Source of the DNA: Candidatus Latescibacterota bacterium
Lineage (GTDB): Bacteria > Latescibacterota > UBA2968 > GCA-2709665
Length of the DNA: 64,000 bases
Direction: 5' to 3'
NCBI GenBank assembly: GCA_963662665.2
Contig: CAXXJS010000010.1
Coordinates: 96,001-160,000, forward strand
Numbering within the stretch: position 1 is the stretch's first letter; every line of letters begins with the position of its first letter. The notes under the pieces were generated by a model, which was not told the origin of the DNA, made no database searches, and was given only the letters and a program-made list of their open reading frames with translations. Shown in pieces: positions 53,922 to 63,003 of the stretch. The position numbers and the translations under genes are program-made.

Positions 53922-54926
53922 TCAATTTTCCCGATCGCGACCAACGGCTCCTCCGGAATAAATCACTTCCATTAAGCGATCCTGTTCGTCCAGCCGGACC
54001 CGCAGGGTAAATGCTCTCCTTTCCAGAAACGCCGGATTGTGATCCAGCGCCATCCGCAAGGCAAGCGATCCCAGCCAGCCCAGGCCGTCGGCCCGAATCC
54101 CGAACCGCAAATCGTGAATCAAAAACGTGCGGCCGTTCTCACCGGACGCCGACACCGCCGGGAAACGCGCGAACCAGCGATAAATCTGCCCGTCCCGCCG
54201 GTCCCACAAGCGCTCCAGACGAGGCTCGTCAAGCGCCGAACGAAACGTCTCCGGCGTCCCGGTTACCCCTGAAAACAGTGACACGGGCACCTCGTGCCAT
54301 TCTCCCTCTCCGAATGCGATTCCTCGCCGGTGCAGCGGTGAAAAAGGCACTGGAACGGCGGCTATGGCCGTCAAGCCCCTTTCGGTTGCCCAGCGGTCCA
54401 TGTAAAGGAAGGCGGTAGCCGAAATGGCGATATTGATCGCCATATAGGCGGCAAGCGCCGCCGTGCCCAGGCGGTACCCCCGTTCTCCCCATCCCTTCCA
54501 GCCGAGAACCAGGCCGGCGATCAGAATCAGATCCAGGTACGGGTCGATAATGAACAGTACGTCAAACAGCGCCCGATACCTGGAAAATGGCATGAAGATC
54601 ATTGTCCCGTAGGAGGTGACCAGATCGAACAGAATATGCAGCGACAGGCCGGAAAGTGCGACGGCGTAGAGCTTGAGAAACGGTACATCCTTGAGTATGA
54701 ATCGCCGGACAACCCACGCCACGGCGAGGGCGCCGATTGCAGCACCGAAAAACGAATGTGTCATCCCCCGGTGCGTCTGCAGGCTGTCGAGGGCGCTGCC
54801 GGACAGGAACACGTCCACGTCGGGCAATACACTGGTGACGGTAACCAGATTCACAAGGCCCCGGTCCTTCGGCCATACGGATCGTGCAACCAGACGGCCA
54901 ACCAGGCCGTGCGTTGGAGTGTCCAT
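53922..54926 (-). CDS. Membrane-bound metal-dependent hydrolase (YdjM/DUF457-like)
   Basis: MDTPTHGL, LPDVD, HRGMTHS, HILFDLVTSYGT, FIIDP. Confidence 0.88.
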   Translation of the reverse strand: MDTPTHGLVGRLVARSVWPKDRGLVNLVTVTSVLPDVDVFLSGSALDSLQTHRGMTHSFFGAAIGALAVAWVVRRFILKDVPFLKLYAVALSGLSLHILFDLVTSYGTMIFMPFSRYRALFDVLFIIDPYLDLILIAGLVLGWKGWGERGYRLGTAALAAYMAINIAISATAFLYMDRWATERGLTAIAAVPVPFSPLHRRGIAFGEGEWHEVPVSLFSGVTGTPETFRSALDEPRLERLWDRRDGQIYRWFARFPAVSASGENGRTFLIHDLRFGIRADGLGWLGSLALRMALDHNPAFLERRAFTLRVRLDEQDRLMEVIYSGGAVGRDREN

Positions 54927-55123
54927 CCTGTTTGCCTCTGCTTAGCAGCCCGTTGAAACGAGTGAAACGGCGATCGGAGGCGGCGTTCATTCAACCAAAG
55001 ACCCACCTGCCGGACGCCACTGCAGTTGGTCGTTACACGCCGGGATTGCGCGTCGGTCTTTGATTCGACGTCACACAGAATATACCCAATGCCCCGGCTG
55101 AATCAACCCGCTACAGACGCCAC

Positions 55124-55153
55124 TTGACAGCCCGCGTGCCGCCAATGTAACAT
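55124..55153 (+). promoter_or_regulatory. Sigma70-type promoter of the SDR gene
   Basis: TTGACA-18 bp-TAACAT. Confidence 0.5.
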
Positions 55154-55227
55154 ATGAGCGTATTTCCGGGACAGGACGCCAATTTTTCCTTCCTCACAGG
55201 TGAAGGGTTGCTGGGAGACTGAATGCA

Positions 55228-55959
55228 ATGACAAGACTCCAGGGTAAGGTCGCGCTGGTAACCGGCGGAAACCAGGGCATCGGAAAGGGCATCGCGCGGG
55301 CGCTGGCGAAAGAAGGCGCGGATCTTGTGATGACCGCCAGAACAATCGATAAGCTCGAATCTGCGGCGGAAGAGATCAGATCGGAGGGCGTGGAGGCGCT
55401 GGTCGCACCCGCCGACGTCACCGACGAATCGCAGGTGGAGGCCGTGTTTACCCAAACGATGGAACGGTTCGGGAGGGTGGATATTCTGGTCAACAACGCG
55501 GCGGCATTCGACGGGGGACCTATCGACGAACTTTCAGCATCCGCCTGGGATTGGGCAATGGCCGTAAATCTGCGCGGTCCCTTTTTGTGCACGCGGGCGG
55601 CGTTTCGCATTATGAAAAAACAGGGCGGTGGTCGGATCATCAATATAGGCAGCATTTCCGCTCAGCGGGTTCGTCCAGGTTCCGCTCCGTACAGCACGAG
55701 CAAATTCGGCATCACGGGCCTGACCCATGCCACGGCGCTGGACGGCCGGAACCACGGGATCGTCTGCTCCTGCCTGCACCCCGGCAATACCCTGGTGGAA
55801 CGTCGTGACGAATCCGACGCGCCAACGGACGATGAACCCATGATGACGGTGGATGAGCTGGCCCAGGCTGCGGTGACAATGGCCACGCTGCCGCTCCACG
55901 TCAACATGCTTGAGGCAATCGTTTTGCCCGTGGGGCAGTTGTACGTTGGGAGAGGGTGA
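55228..55959 (+). CDS. SDR family oxidoreductase
   Basis: GKVALVTGGNQGIG, VNNAA, YSTSK. Confidence 0.9.
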   Translation: MTRLQGKVALVTGGNQGIGKGIARALAKEGADLVMTARTIDKLESAAEEIRSEGVEALVAPADVTDESQVEAVFTQTMERFGRVDILVNNAAAFDGGPIDELSASAWDWAMAVNLRGPFLCTRAAFRIMKKQGGGRIINIGSISAQRVRPGSAPYSTSKFGITGLTHATALDGRNHGIVCSCLHPGNTLVERRDESDAPTDDEPMMTVDELAQAAVTMATLPLHVNMLEAIVLPVGQLYVGRG

Positions 55960-56124
55960 ACGGATACCGGTTTATTTTCGGCCATACCCGGATCCGGGAC
56001 CGGGTTCAGGCCAAAGACGTCCACGGGAATGAAAGGCGGCTTTACAGGGGCGGAAGATACGATCGCAAGGCCCGCATCGCAGATACTCAGGATTGACGGG
56101 TTTCTTTCTGCTTTCCGGATCTTA

Positions 56125-56287
56125 GAAGCTGTCTTAAAACCCCCAATGGTCTTCGCGCGGCTGCAAAAGCGCCGGTCGGCGTTGGTCAAATCCACCCTTA
56201 TCTTTAAGATAGGGGCGGATTTTCCCGCCTTGACCACCACTTTTTCGCTCGCGCTCGGGAACTCACCGGTAGTTTCAAAACAGCTTC
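56125..56287. mobile_element. Second MITE-like element (~163 bp)
   Basis: TIRs GAAGCTGTCTTAAAAC / GTTTCAAAACAGCTTC (14/16 match); internal hairpin GGTCAA-ATCC..CCCTTATCT/AGATAGGGG..TTGACC; flanked by TTA and CTA. Confidence 0.6.
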
Positions 56288-56344
56288 CTATCCTGCCCAT
56301 CCTGTTCATCCAGGTGTTTGAATTAATTCAGATTTGGAATTTTC

Positions 56345-56373
56345 TTGACACCCGCGATATGATTGTTTAATGT
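56345..56373 (+). promoter_or_regulatory. trp operon promoter
   Basis: TTGACA-17 bp-TAATGT. Confidence 0.7.
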
Positions 56374-56456
56374 TAAACGGTTCCTATTGCCGTTCGGCGT
56401 AAAGAGGCGTCTAAACGAAAACGGCTGGAACCTGGATCATGAGAGGAACGGAAGCG

Positions 56457-56561
56457 ATGGATCTCGGTCGGAACAGGTTTTCCCGGCGTGGATATTTTTA
56501 TCGCTCCTACCGGTGGTATTACCGGGAGGCTGCGGAACGTCATGTCTGCCCACGCGAGTAA
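56457..56561 (+). CDS. Attenuator leader peptide (Tyr/Phe/Trp-rich)
   Basis: MDLGRNRFSRRGYFYRSYRWYYREAAERHVCPRE*; GAGAGGA upstream; alternative in-frame ATG at 56439. Confidence 0.75.
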   Translation: MDLGRNRFSRRGYFYRSYRWYYREAAERHVCPRE

Positions 56562-56585
56562 ACCGTTGACAGAATCGGGAAATGC

Positions 56586-56615
56586 GCCGTGGGCATCTGC
56601 TCACGGTTTTTTTTT
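56586..56615 (+). terminator. Attenuator terminator
   Basis: CCGTGGGC-ATCT-GCTCACGG followed by T9; competing antiterminator TGCCCACG (56547-56554) pairs with CGTGGGCA (56588-56595). Confidence 0.85.
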
Positions 56616-56633
56616 ATCCATTCGAAACCTTAA

Positions 56634-56740
56634 CAGTCCGTTGATATAGTCGCTCTGCAGGCGAGGTGAGGTGTCCCGTCCCGGAAATATGTCACCATTC
56701 ATCCGCCGATTCATCCCGGATGGACGTTCTCAACGGACTG
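56634..56740. mobile_element. MITE-like element (copy B, inverted relative to copy A)
   Basis: First 33 nt are a 32/33 reverse complement of 52455-52487; the other end CCCGGATGGACGTTCTCAACGGACTG matches the left end of copy A; interior differs. Confidence 0.75.
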
Positions 56741-56856
56741 TTTGACCGTGATGCGATAGGGCGCCGGTCCTGGCCGGCTGGCTAGCAACCGCTCGTCCGG
56801 CGCAATGGAAAGCCGATTTCTGTTTGACGACTCCTGAAAATATCTTTGGCAGCCAG

Positions 56857-58347
56857 ATGAAACGCTTGAACACCCCCGATTTTAAAACTTTGAAACCGCT
56901 GGCCGAAGGCCGAGGCCTGGTCCCGATTTCCAGGGAAATCCTGGGAGATACGGAAACCCCGGTATCGGCCTACCTTAAACTCCGGCAGAGGAGTCCCTAC
57001 AGCTTTTTGTTTGAGAGCGTGGAGGGCGGAGAGAATATCGGGCGTTATTCTTTCCTGGGAGTGGAACCGTTTCTTGCGTTCAGGTCGTGGAAATCCAGGA
57101 TAGAGGTGGAGGATCTGAATCTGGGCGAGGTTCGTGTATATGAAGGGTCGCCAATTGCCGAACTCAGGCGTCTGCTGAAAAAATACCGATCAGCGCAATT
57201 GGAGGGACTTCCCAGATTTACCGGAGGGGCTGTGGGCTACGTGGGCTACGACGCAATCCGGCTGGTTGAGAATATTCCGGACAGCACGCGGGATGACCGC
57301 GGGCTACCTGACGTCGTATTGCTTTTCTACGATACGCTTCTTGGCTTCGACAACGTCCGGCAAAAGATCCATCTGATTTCAAACGTGCATACATCCGGGG
57401 ATATTGAAGAGAATTACCGGGAAGCGGAGGCGCGAATCGATGTTCTGGAACGGAACCTGCGCGGGCCGATTCCCGCGAACGGCGTTACTGAACGTGCGCC
57501 CCCACGAGGCGCGCGCGCGATCCGGTCGAACACGGAGCGGTCCGAATTCCTGGAAAAGGTGCGGCGATGCAAGGAATATATCGTGGCGGGCGATATCTTT
57601 CAGGTCGTACTTTCCCAGCGTTTCGAGACCGATATAACCGTAGGGTCACTGGACATCTACCGCGCGCTTCGCACGGTGAATCCGTCTCCATACATGTTCC
57701 ATCTGAACCTGAAAGAACTCCAGCTTATCGGCGCGTCGCCGGAACTACTGGTCAGGGTCGAGAATGGCGTCGTACAAGTGCGGCCAATTGCGGGCACCCG
57801 GTGGCGGGGGGCTACGGACGCGGAGGATTCCGCACTCGAGGCGGATTTGCTGGCAGACGAAAAAGAACGTGCCGAACACATTATGCTTCTAGACCTGGGC
57901 CGGAACGACGTGGGGCGGGTATCCCGTTACGATACGGTCCGGGTAACGGAACAGATGACGATCGAGCGTTATTCTCATGTGATGCATATTGTGTCCAATG
58001 TTCAAGGGTATCTTAAAGACGGCGTGGATGCCCTGGATGCGCTTTACGCCTGTTATCCGGCAGGTACGGTTTCCGGCGCGCCAAAAATCCGCGCCATGGA
58101 AATTATCGACGAACTTGAACCCACACGCCGTGGACCGTACTCGGGTGCGGTTGGCTATATCGACTTTTCGGGCAATATGGACACCTGCATTGCCATTCGT
58201 ACGATGGTATTGCAAGGCAGCAAAGCCTACGTCCAGGCCGGTGGAGGAATTGTATTCGATTCCGTGCCGGAGAACGAGCACCAGGAAACTGTGAATAAAG
58301 CAAGGGCGTTGTTTAAAGCCGTGGAATTGGCGGAAGGTGCTCTCTAG
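56857..58347 (+). CDS. trpE: Anthranilate synthase component I
   Basis: ETPVSAYLKL, FLFESVEGGE..GRYSF, NPSPYM, SPELLV, PIAGT, EHIMLLDLGRND, PAGTVSGAPK. Confidence 0.96.
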   Translation: MKRLNTPDFKTLKPLAEGRGLVPISREILGDTETPVSAYLKLRQRSPYSFLFESVEGGENIGRYSFLGVEPFLAFRSWKSRIEVEDLNLGEVRVYEGSPIAELRRLLKKYRSAQLEGLPRFTGGAVGYVGYDAIRLVENIPDSTRDDRGLPDVVLLFYDTLLGFDNVRQKIHLISNVHTSGDIEENYREAEARIDVLERNLRGPIPANGVTERAPPRGARAIRSNTERSEFLEKVRRCKEYIVAGDIFQVVLSQRFETDITVGSLDIYRALRTVNPSPYMFHLNLKELQLIGASPELLVRVENGVVQVRPIAGTRWRGATDAEDSALEADLLADEKERAEHIMLLDLGRNDVGRVSRYDTVRVTEQMTIERYSHVMHIVSNVQGYLKDGVDALDALYACYPAGTVSGAPKIRAMEIIDELEPTRRGPYSGAVGYIDFSGNMDTCIAIRTMVLQGSKAYVQAGGGIVFDSVPENEHQETVNKARALFKAVELAEGAL

Positions 58348-58435
58348 TGTCCTGTCCCAGAACGCTAGTTGCCAGATGAAAATGCCCATTCGGGCATTAT
58401 GATGCCATCCTTCAACGATCACGTTCAATTGACCT

Positions 58436-58999
58436 ATGATTCTGGTAATCGACAATTACGATTCGTTCACTTACAATCTGGTTCAGTACCTGGGCGAGTT
58501 GGGTGCTCGGATGGACGTGTTTCGAAACGATCAGATCGAATTGGACAGGGTCGACGCGTCGGAACCGGATAAGGTGGTAATTTCGCCTGGGCCGTGTACG
58601 CCGAACGAAGCAGGAATCTCCGTGGAATTGATCCGGAGGTTTACCGGGCAGATTCCAATGCTGGGTGTCTGTCTGGGGCATCAGTGCATCGGACAGGCCT
58701 TCGGCGGCGCCATCGTAAGGGCTCCGGCCATACTCCATGGGAAGGTATCCGAGATCTATCACGACGGACGTACGATTTTCAGTGATTTGCCACAGCCCTT
58801 CGTTGCGACGCGATACCATTCCCTGATGGTCGAACGCGAGAGCCTGCCGGACTGTCTCGAGGTGTCCGCGCAGACAGATGACGGCATTATCATGGGACTG
58901 CGGCATCGGAAATATCCGGTTGAGGGGGTGCAGTTTCATCCGGAGTCGATCCTGACGGCAGCGGGCAAATTGCTATTGAGGAACTTTCTGGAGGGATAA
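58436..58999 (+). CDS. trpG: Anthranilate synthase component II (glutamine amidotransferase)
   Basis: [31 protein letters not shown]. Confidence 0.95.
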   Translation: MILVIDNYDSFTYNLVQYLGELGARMDVFRNDQIELDRVDASEPDKVVISPGPCTPNEAGISVELIRRFTGQIPMLGVCLGHQCIGQAFGGAIVRAPAILHGKVSEIYHDGRTIFSDLPQPFVATRYHSLMVERESLPDCLEVSAQTDDGIIMGLRHRKYPVEGVQFHPESILTAAGKLLLRNFLEG

Positions 59000-59054
59000 A
59001 TCCGGGAAGAGGAAAGCTGGCCCGGTTCTCTGTTTGAAAGTTGGGGAGACGGCT

Positions 59055-60074
59055 ATGGCGATACAGGATACGATTGGAAGGCTGATTGAGGGTCGGGATC
59101 TGCCGCGTCACGAGATGACAGCAGTGATGAACCAGATCATGTCGGGTGATGCGACGGACGCGCAGATCGGCGCGTTTCTGGTGGCTCTGCGTGTCAAGGG
59201 GGAAACCGTTGAGGAGATCGCGGGCGCCGCCGGGGTGATGCGTGAGAAGGCGACCCGGGTCGTAACGCGACATGCCACGGTGGTTGATACCTGCGGCACG
59301 GGAGGCGATGGGTCCGGAACGTTCAATATATCGACGGCGGCGGCCTTTGTGGCGGCTGGCGCGGGGCTGTGCGTGGCCAAACATGGGAACCGTGCGGCGT
59401 CCAGCCTGTGTGGCAGTGCGGATGTTTTGAAGGAACTGGGAGTAAATATCGAAGCATCGCCCGAGACGGTGGTGCGGTGCCTGGATGAGTTGGGCATCGG
59501 GTTTCTGTTTGCTCCGGCTTTGCACGGCGCTATGAAATATGCGATCGGACCGAGACGCGAGGTCGGCGTGCGCACGGTTTTCAACGCTCTGGGGCCGCTG
59601 ACCAATCCTGCAGGCGCAACCCGGCACCTGATAGGGGTATATGGTCAATCGCTGACCGACACGCTGGCCGAGGTGTTGCGTACATTGGAATCGGAGCGGG
59701 CGTTTGTGGTACACGGGCTGGACGGACTGGACGAGATCACCACAACCGGACCAACGCGGGTGAGCGAGTTGAAAGACGGAACCGTGTCCACGTATCAAGT
59801 TACGCCCGAAGACATGGGCATCGCGAGGGCTTCGGCCGGCGATCTGGCAGGAGGCAACGCGGAGACCAACGCCGCGATCCTGCGCAGGGTGCTGCATGGT
59901 GAGCCCGGTCCGCGGCTGGACATTGTCCTGTTGAACGCTGCGGCCGCCATTGTAGCGGGAGGCGCCGCAAACGATCTGACGTCCGGTATGGAACTGGCCA
60001 GGGAGACCGTGGATTCGGGGCGTGCCATGGACAAACTGGAAAAATTGAAACTCGTCTCGGGAGAGGGCGATTGA
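59055..60074 (+). CDS. trpD: Anthranilate phosphoribosyltransferase
   Basis: DTCGTGGDGSGTFNIST, AKHGNR, GPLTNPA, DGLDE. Confidence 0.97.
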   Translation: MAIQDTIGRLIEGRDLPRHEMTAVMNQIMSGDATDAQIGAFLVALRVKGETVEEIAGAAGVMREKATRVVTRHATVVDTCGTGGDGSGTFNISTAAAFVAAGAGLCVAKHGNRAASSLCGSADVLKELGVNIEASPETVVRCLDELGIGFLFAPALHGAMKYAIGPRREVGVRTVFNALGPLTNPAGATRHLIGVYGQSLTDTLAEVLRTLESERAFVVHGLDGLDEITTTGPTRVSELKDGTVSTYQVTPEDMGIARASAGDLAGGNAETNAAILRRVLHGEPGPRLDIVLLNAAAAIVAGGAANDLTSGMELARETVDSGRAMDKLEKLKLVSGEGD

Positions 60075-60161
60075 TATCGGGCGATTTCGCCGGTCACGCC
60101 CTGAACGTACCCCTTGAACGAGATGGCCGGAGTTCTTCCGGCGTTAACAAAGACGAGAAGC

Positions 60162-60953
60162 ATGGCTACGATTCTGGATGAGATTATAGCATATAAACGG
60201 CGTGTCGTGGCCGAGGCAAAAAAAAAGATCTCACCCGAGGAGTTACAGACGCGGTCGGACCTGGCCCGTGACCCGGACTCGTTTCTGGACAGCCTGACAG
60301 CCGCGGAGGATATCGCGCTCATAGCCGAAATCAAAAAGGCATCTCCGTCAAAAGGAGTGATCAGAGATGATTTCGATCCCGTGGAAATCGGCCGGGCTTA
60401 CGAGGTGAACGGCGCGTCGGCGATTTCGGTGCTGACGGACGTGAAGTATTTCCAGGGCTCCAATGCCAGTCTGAAGGCAGTAAGCGAAGCCGTGGAATTG
60501 CCGCTGCTCCGAAAGGATTTCGTGGTTGATCCTTATCAGATTCATGAAGCCAGATCAATCGGAGCGTCTGCCGTACTGCTCATTGTATCGGCGCTCTCGC
60601 ACCGTAAACTGGCAGGGCTGCTCGCCGATTGCAGGGAGTCGAAATTGGGCGCACTCGTGGAAGTGCATACCAGAGACGAAGCGAAGATGGCGCTTGACGC
60701 GGGAGCGGAACTTGTGGGGGTGAATAACCGCGACTTGAGGACCTTTACAACAGACCTGCAGACCACTTTCGACCTGATCGAACACCTGCCGGAAGACCTG
60801 GTAATTGTAAGCGAGAGTGGTATCGAGACCAGAGACCACGTGGTCCGATTGAGGGATGCCGGCGTGGATGCGGTACTGGTCGGGGAACATCTGATGCGAC
60901 ACCCCGACGTCGGCCGGAAGCTTCGAATGCTGTTGGGAAAGGAAGGCGGCTGA
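60162..60953 (+). CDS. trpC: Indole-3-glycerol phosphate synthase
   Basis: IAEIKKASPSKG, ISVLTD, LRKDF, GVNNRDL, SESGI. Confidence 0.97.
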   Translation: MATILDEIIAYKRRVVAEAKKKISPEELQTRSDLARDPDSFLDSLTAAEDIALIAEIKKASPSKGVIRDDFDPVEIGRAYEVNGASAISVLTDVKYFQGSNASLKAVSEAVELPLLRKDFVVDPYQIHEARSIGASAVLLIVSALSHRKLAGLLADCRESKLGALVEVHTRDEAKMALDAGAELVGVNNRDLRTFTTDLQTTFDLIEHLPEDLVIVSESGIETRDHVVRLRDAGVDAVLVGEHLMRHPDVGRKLRMLLGKEGG

Positions 60954-60961
60954 TTCAACCC

Positions 60962-61582
60962 ATGGTTCGGGTGAAGATCTGTGGCATCACGAATCCGGAG
61001 GATGCGCTCTTTGCGGCAGCACAGGGCGCGGACGCCCTGGGGTTCATATTTTATGAGCCCAGCCCGCGTTACGTGCATCCGGACCGTGTGGGCGAAATTG
61101 TGTCGGAGTTGCCGCCGTTCGTGATGCCCGTAGGGGTTTTCGTGAACGAGGCCAGGGAAGAAATCCTGAGTATCGTGCGGTCGACGGGAATCCGGGCGGT
61201 CCAGTTGCACGGCGACGAGACGCCGGCCGATTGTCTGGGATATCCGTTTCCGGTTATCCGGGCATTGCGGGTCGGCGACGGATTCGACCCTGCGTCCCTG
61301 AGTCACTATGCGGTAAACGCGTTTCTGCTGGATACGGCCAAAAAGGGATTGTACGGCGGCACCGGAGAGACATTTGACTGGCGGGTCGCCAGGGCGGCCT
61401 CGGCCCACGGTCGGATCATTCTGTCTGGAGGGATCGATCCGAAAAACGTGGCGGAAGCGGTCCGAATGGTGAATCCGTATGCCGTGGACTGCGGCAGCGG
61501 CGTTGAGGCCGCGCCTGGCAGGAAGGACCACAACAGAATCGCTGAATTCTTCGGGGCACTCTGCTTTGCAAACGTGAGATAG
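60962..61582 (+). CDS. trpF: Phosphoribosylanthranilate isomerase
   Basis: VKICGIT, QLHGDE, GGTGETFDW, LSGG, SGVE. Confidence 0.96.
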   Translation: MVRVKICGITNPEDALFAAAQGADALGFIFYEPSPRYVHPDRVGEIVSELPPFVMPVGVFVNEAREEILSIVRSTGIRAVQLHGDETPADCLGYPFPVIRALRVGDGFDPASLSHYAVNAFLLDTAKKGLYGGTGETFDWRVARAASAHGRIILSGGIDPKNVAEAVRMVNPYAVDCGSGVEAAPGRKDHNRIAEFFGALCFANVR

Positions 61583-61650
61583 ATTGCAGAAATCTGCGGC
61601 AATCAGCGAATTTTCGCTACATCAATCGAATCGATCCGGAGCCAAACATA

Positions 61651-62913
61651 GTGGACATATTGAAAGATCTGAACTTCCAGGGATATGTTTTTCAGGTAAC
61701 GGACGCCAACGGACTCAAGGCGTTGCTCGCCCGTGGACCGGTTTCGCTCTATTCCGGATTCGACCCCACGGCGGACAGCCTTCACGTCGGCAACCTGATA
61801 CCCATTCTGGGACTGCGGCGGTTTCAGTTGGCCGGACACCATGCAATCGGCCTCATCGGGGGAGGAACCGGCCTGATTGGCGATCCGAGCGGCAGCAAGG
61901 AGGAACGCAGTCTGAATCCACCCGACGTGATCGCGGCATATACGGAGAAACTGACTGAACAGCTGACAAGGTTCCTGGATTTCGAAACGGCAACCAATCC
62001 CGCGCAGGTAGTCAGCAATATGGGCTGGCTTTCCGAACTCAAGGCGATCGACTTCCTGAGGGACACGGGCAAGCATTTCTCAATGGGCTATATGCTGGCG
62101 AAAGAGTCCGTGGCTTCCCGGCTGGATTCCGGAATATCGTTCACCGAATTCAGCTATATGGTCATTCAGGCATACGATTTTATGGAGTTGTTTCGGACGC
62201 GCGGATGCAAGCTGCAAATTGGCGGGAGCGATCAATGGGGTAATATCACGGCGGGAATCGAGCTGATCCGTCGTCGACTGGGCGGGCAGGCTTACGGGCT
62301 GACGTTTCCACTGTTGGAGAAAGCCGACGGGTCCAAGTTCGGCAAGACGGCATCCGGTACCGTCTGGCTGGACGCGAGACGAACAACGCCCTATCAGTTC
62401 TATCAGCACTGGATTAATTCGGATGACCGGGACGTCGTGAAGTTTCTGAAGCTGTTTACGTTTCTCCCGGAGGGTGCGATTCGAAATCTGGAAATGGAGG
62501 TGGAACAACATCCGGAGAGGCGCGAAGCGCAGCGGGTGTTGGCCGAGGAGGTGACCACGTTCGTACACGACAGGTCCGCCACCGGCAGGGCGCGGCGGAT
62601 TTCCGAGGCCCTGTTTTATGGGGACCTGCGAAATCTGAGTGCGCAAGAGATAGAGGAAGGGTTCAGCGACGTGCCATCTCATTCGCTCAACGGCATTCCG
62701 GGAGTGGGCCTGGTGAATCTACTGGTAGACGTCCGCATTTCAACTTCCATGCGCCAGGCGCGGGAAGACATCAGATCCGGCGCGATTCATGTCAATGGCC
62801 GGCGTTGCACCGATATGGGCCGGATCCTTGAACCCTCAGACAGACTCGCCGGAAAATACCTGATCGTTCGCCGGGGCAAACGCCGCTACTTTCTGGTGCA
62901 CTGGAACAGTTGA
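61651..62913 (+). CDS. tyrS: Tyrosine--tRNA ligase
   Basis: GFDPTADSLHVGN (HIGH), QIGGSDQWGNI, KFGKT (KMSKS), C-terminal S4 domain. Confidence 0.97.
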   Translation: MDILKDLNFQGYVFQVTDANGLKALLARGPVSLYSGFDPTADSLHVGNLIPILGLRRFQLAGHHAIGLIGGGTGLIGDPSGSKEERSLNPPDVIAAYTEKLTEQLTRFLDFETATNPAQVVSNMGWLSELKAIDFLRDTGKHFSMGYMLAKESVASRLDSGISFTEFSYMVIQAYDFMELFRTRGCKLQIGGSDQWGNITAGIELIRRRLGGQAYGLTFPLLEKADGSKFGKTASGTVWLDARRTTPYQFYQHWINSDDRDVVKFLKLFTFLPEGAIRNLEMEVEQHPERREAQRVLAEEVTTFVHDRSATGRARRISEALFYGDLRNLSAQEIEEGFSDVPSHSLNGIPGVGLVNLLVDVRISTSMRQAREDIRSGAIHVNGRRCTDMGRILEPSDRLAGKYLIVRRGKRRYFLVHWNS

Positions 62914-63003
62914 CGGGCGGGTGTGCGGCCGCTTACGGGTATCGGAATGCAAATCAGGACACGCGGGACTCAGCTGGAAAACCAAGAGAGAGGATTCCTT
63001 ATC

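Noticed and set aside
61583-61650. T-box upstream of tyrS (or trpE)
   Set aside because: The gap is too short, and no AAnnnGGGTGGnACC T-box with stem I was found; the leader-peptide model fits the trpE leader better.
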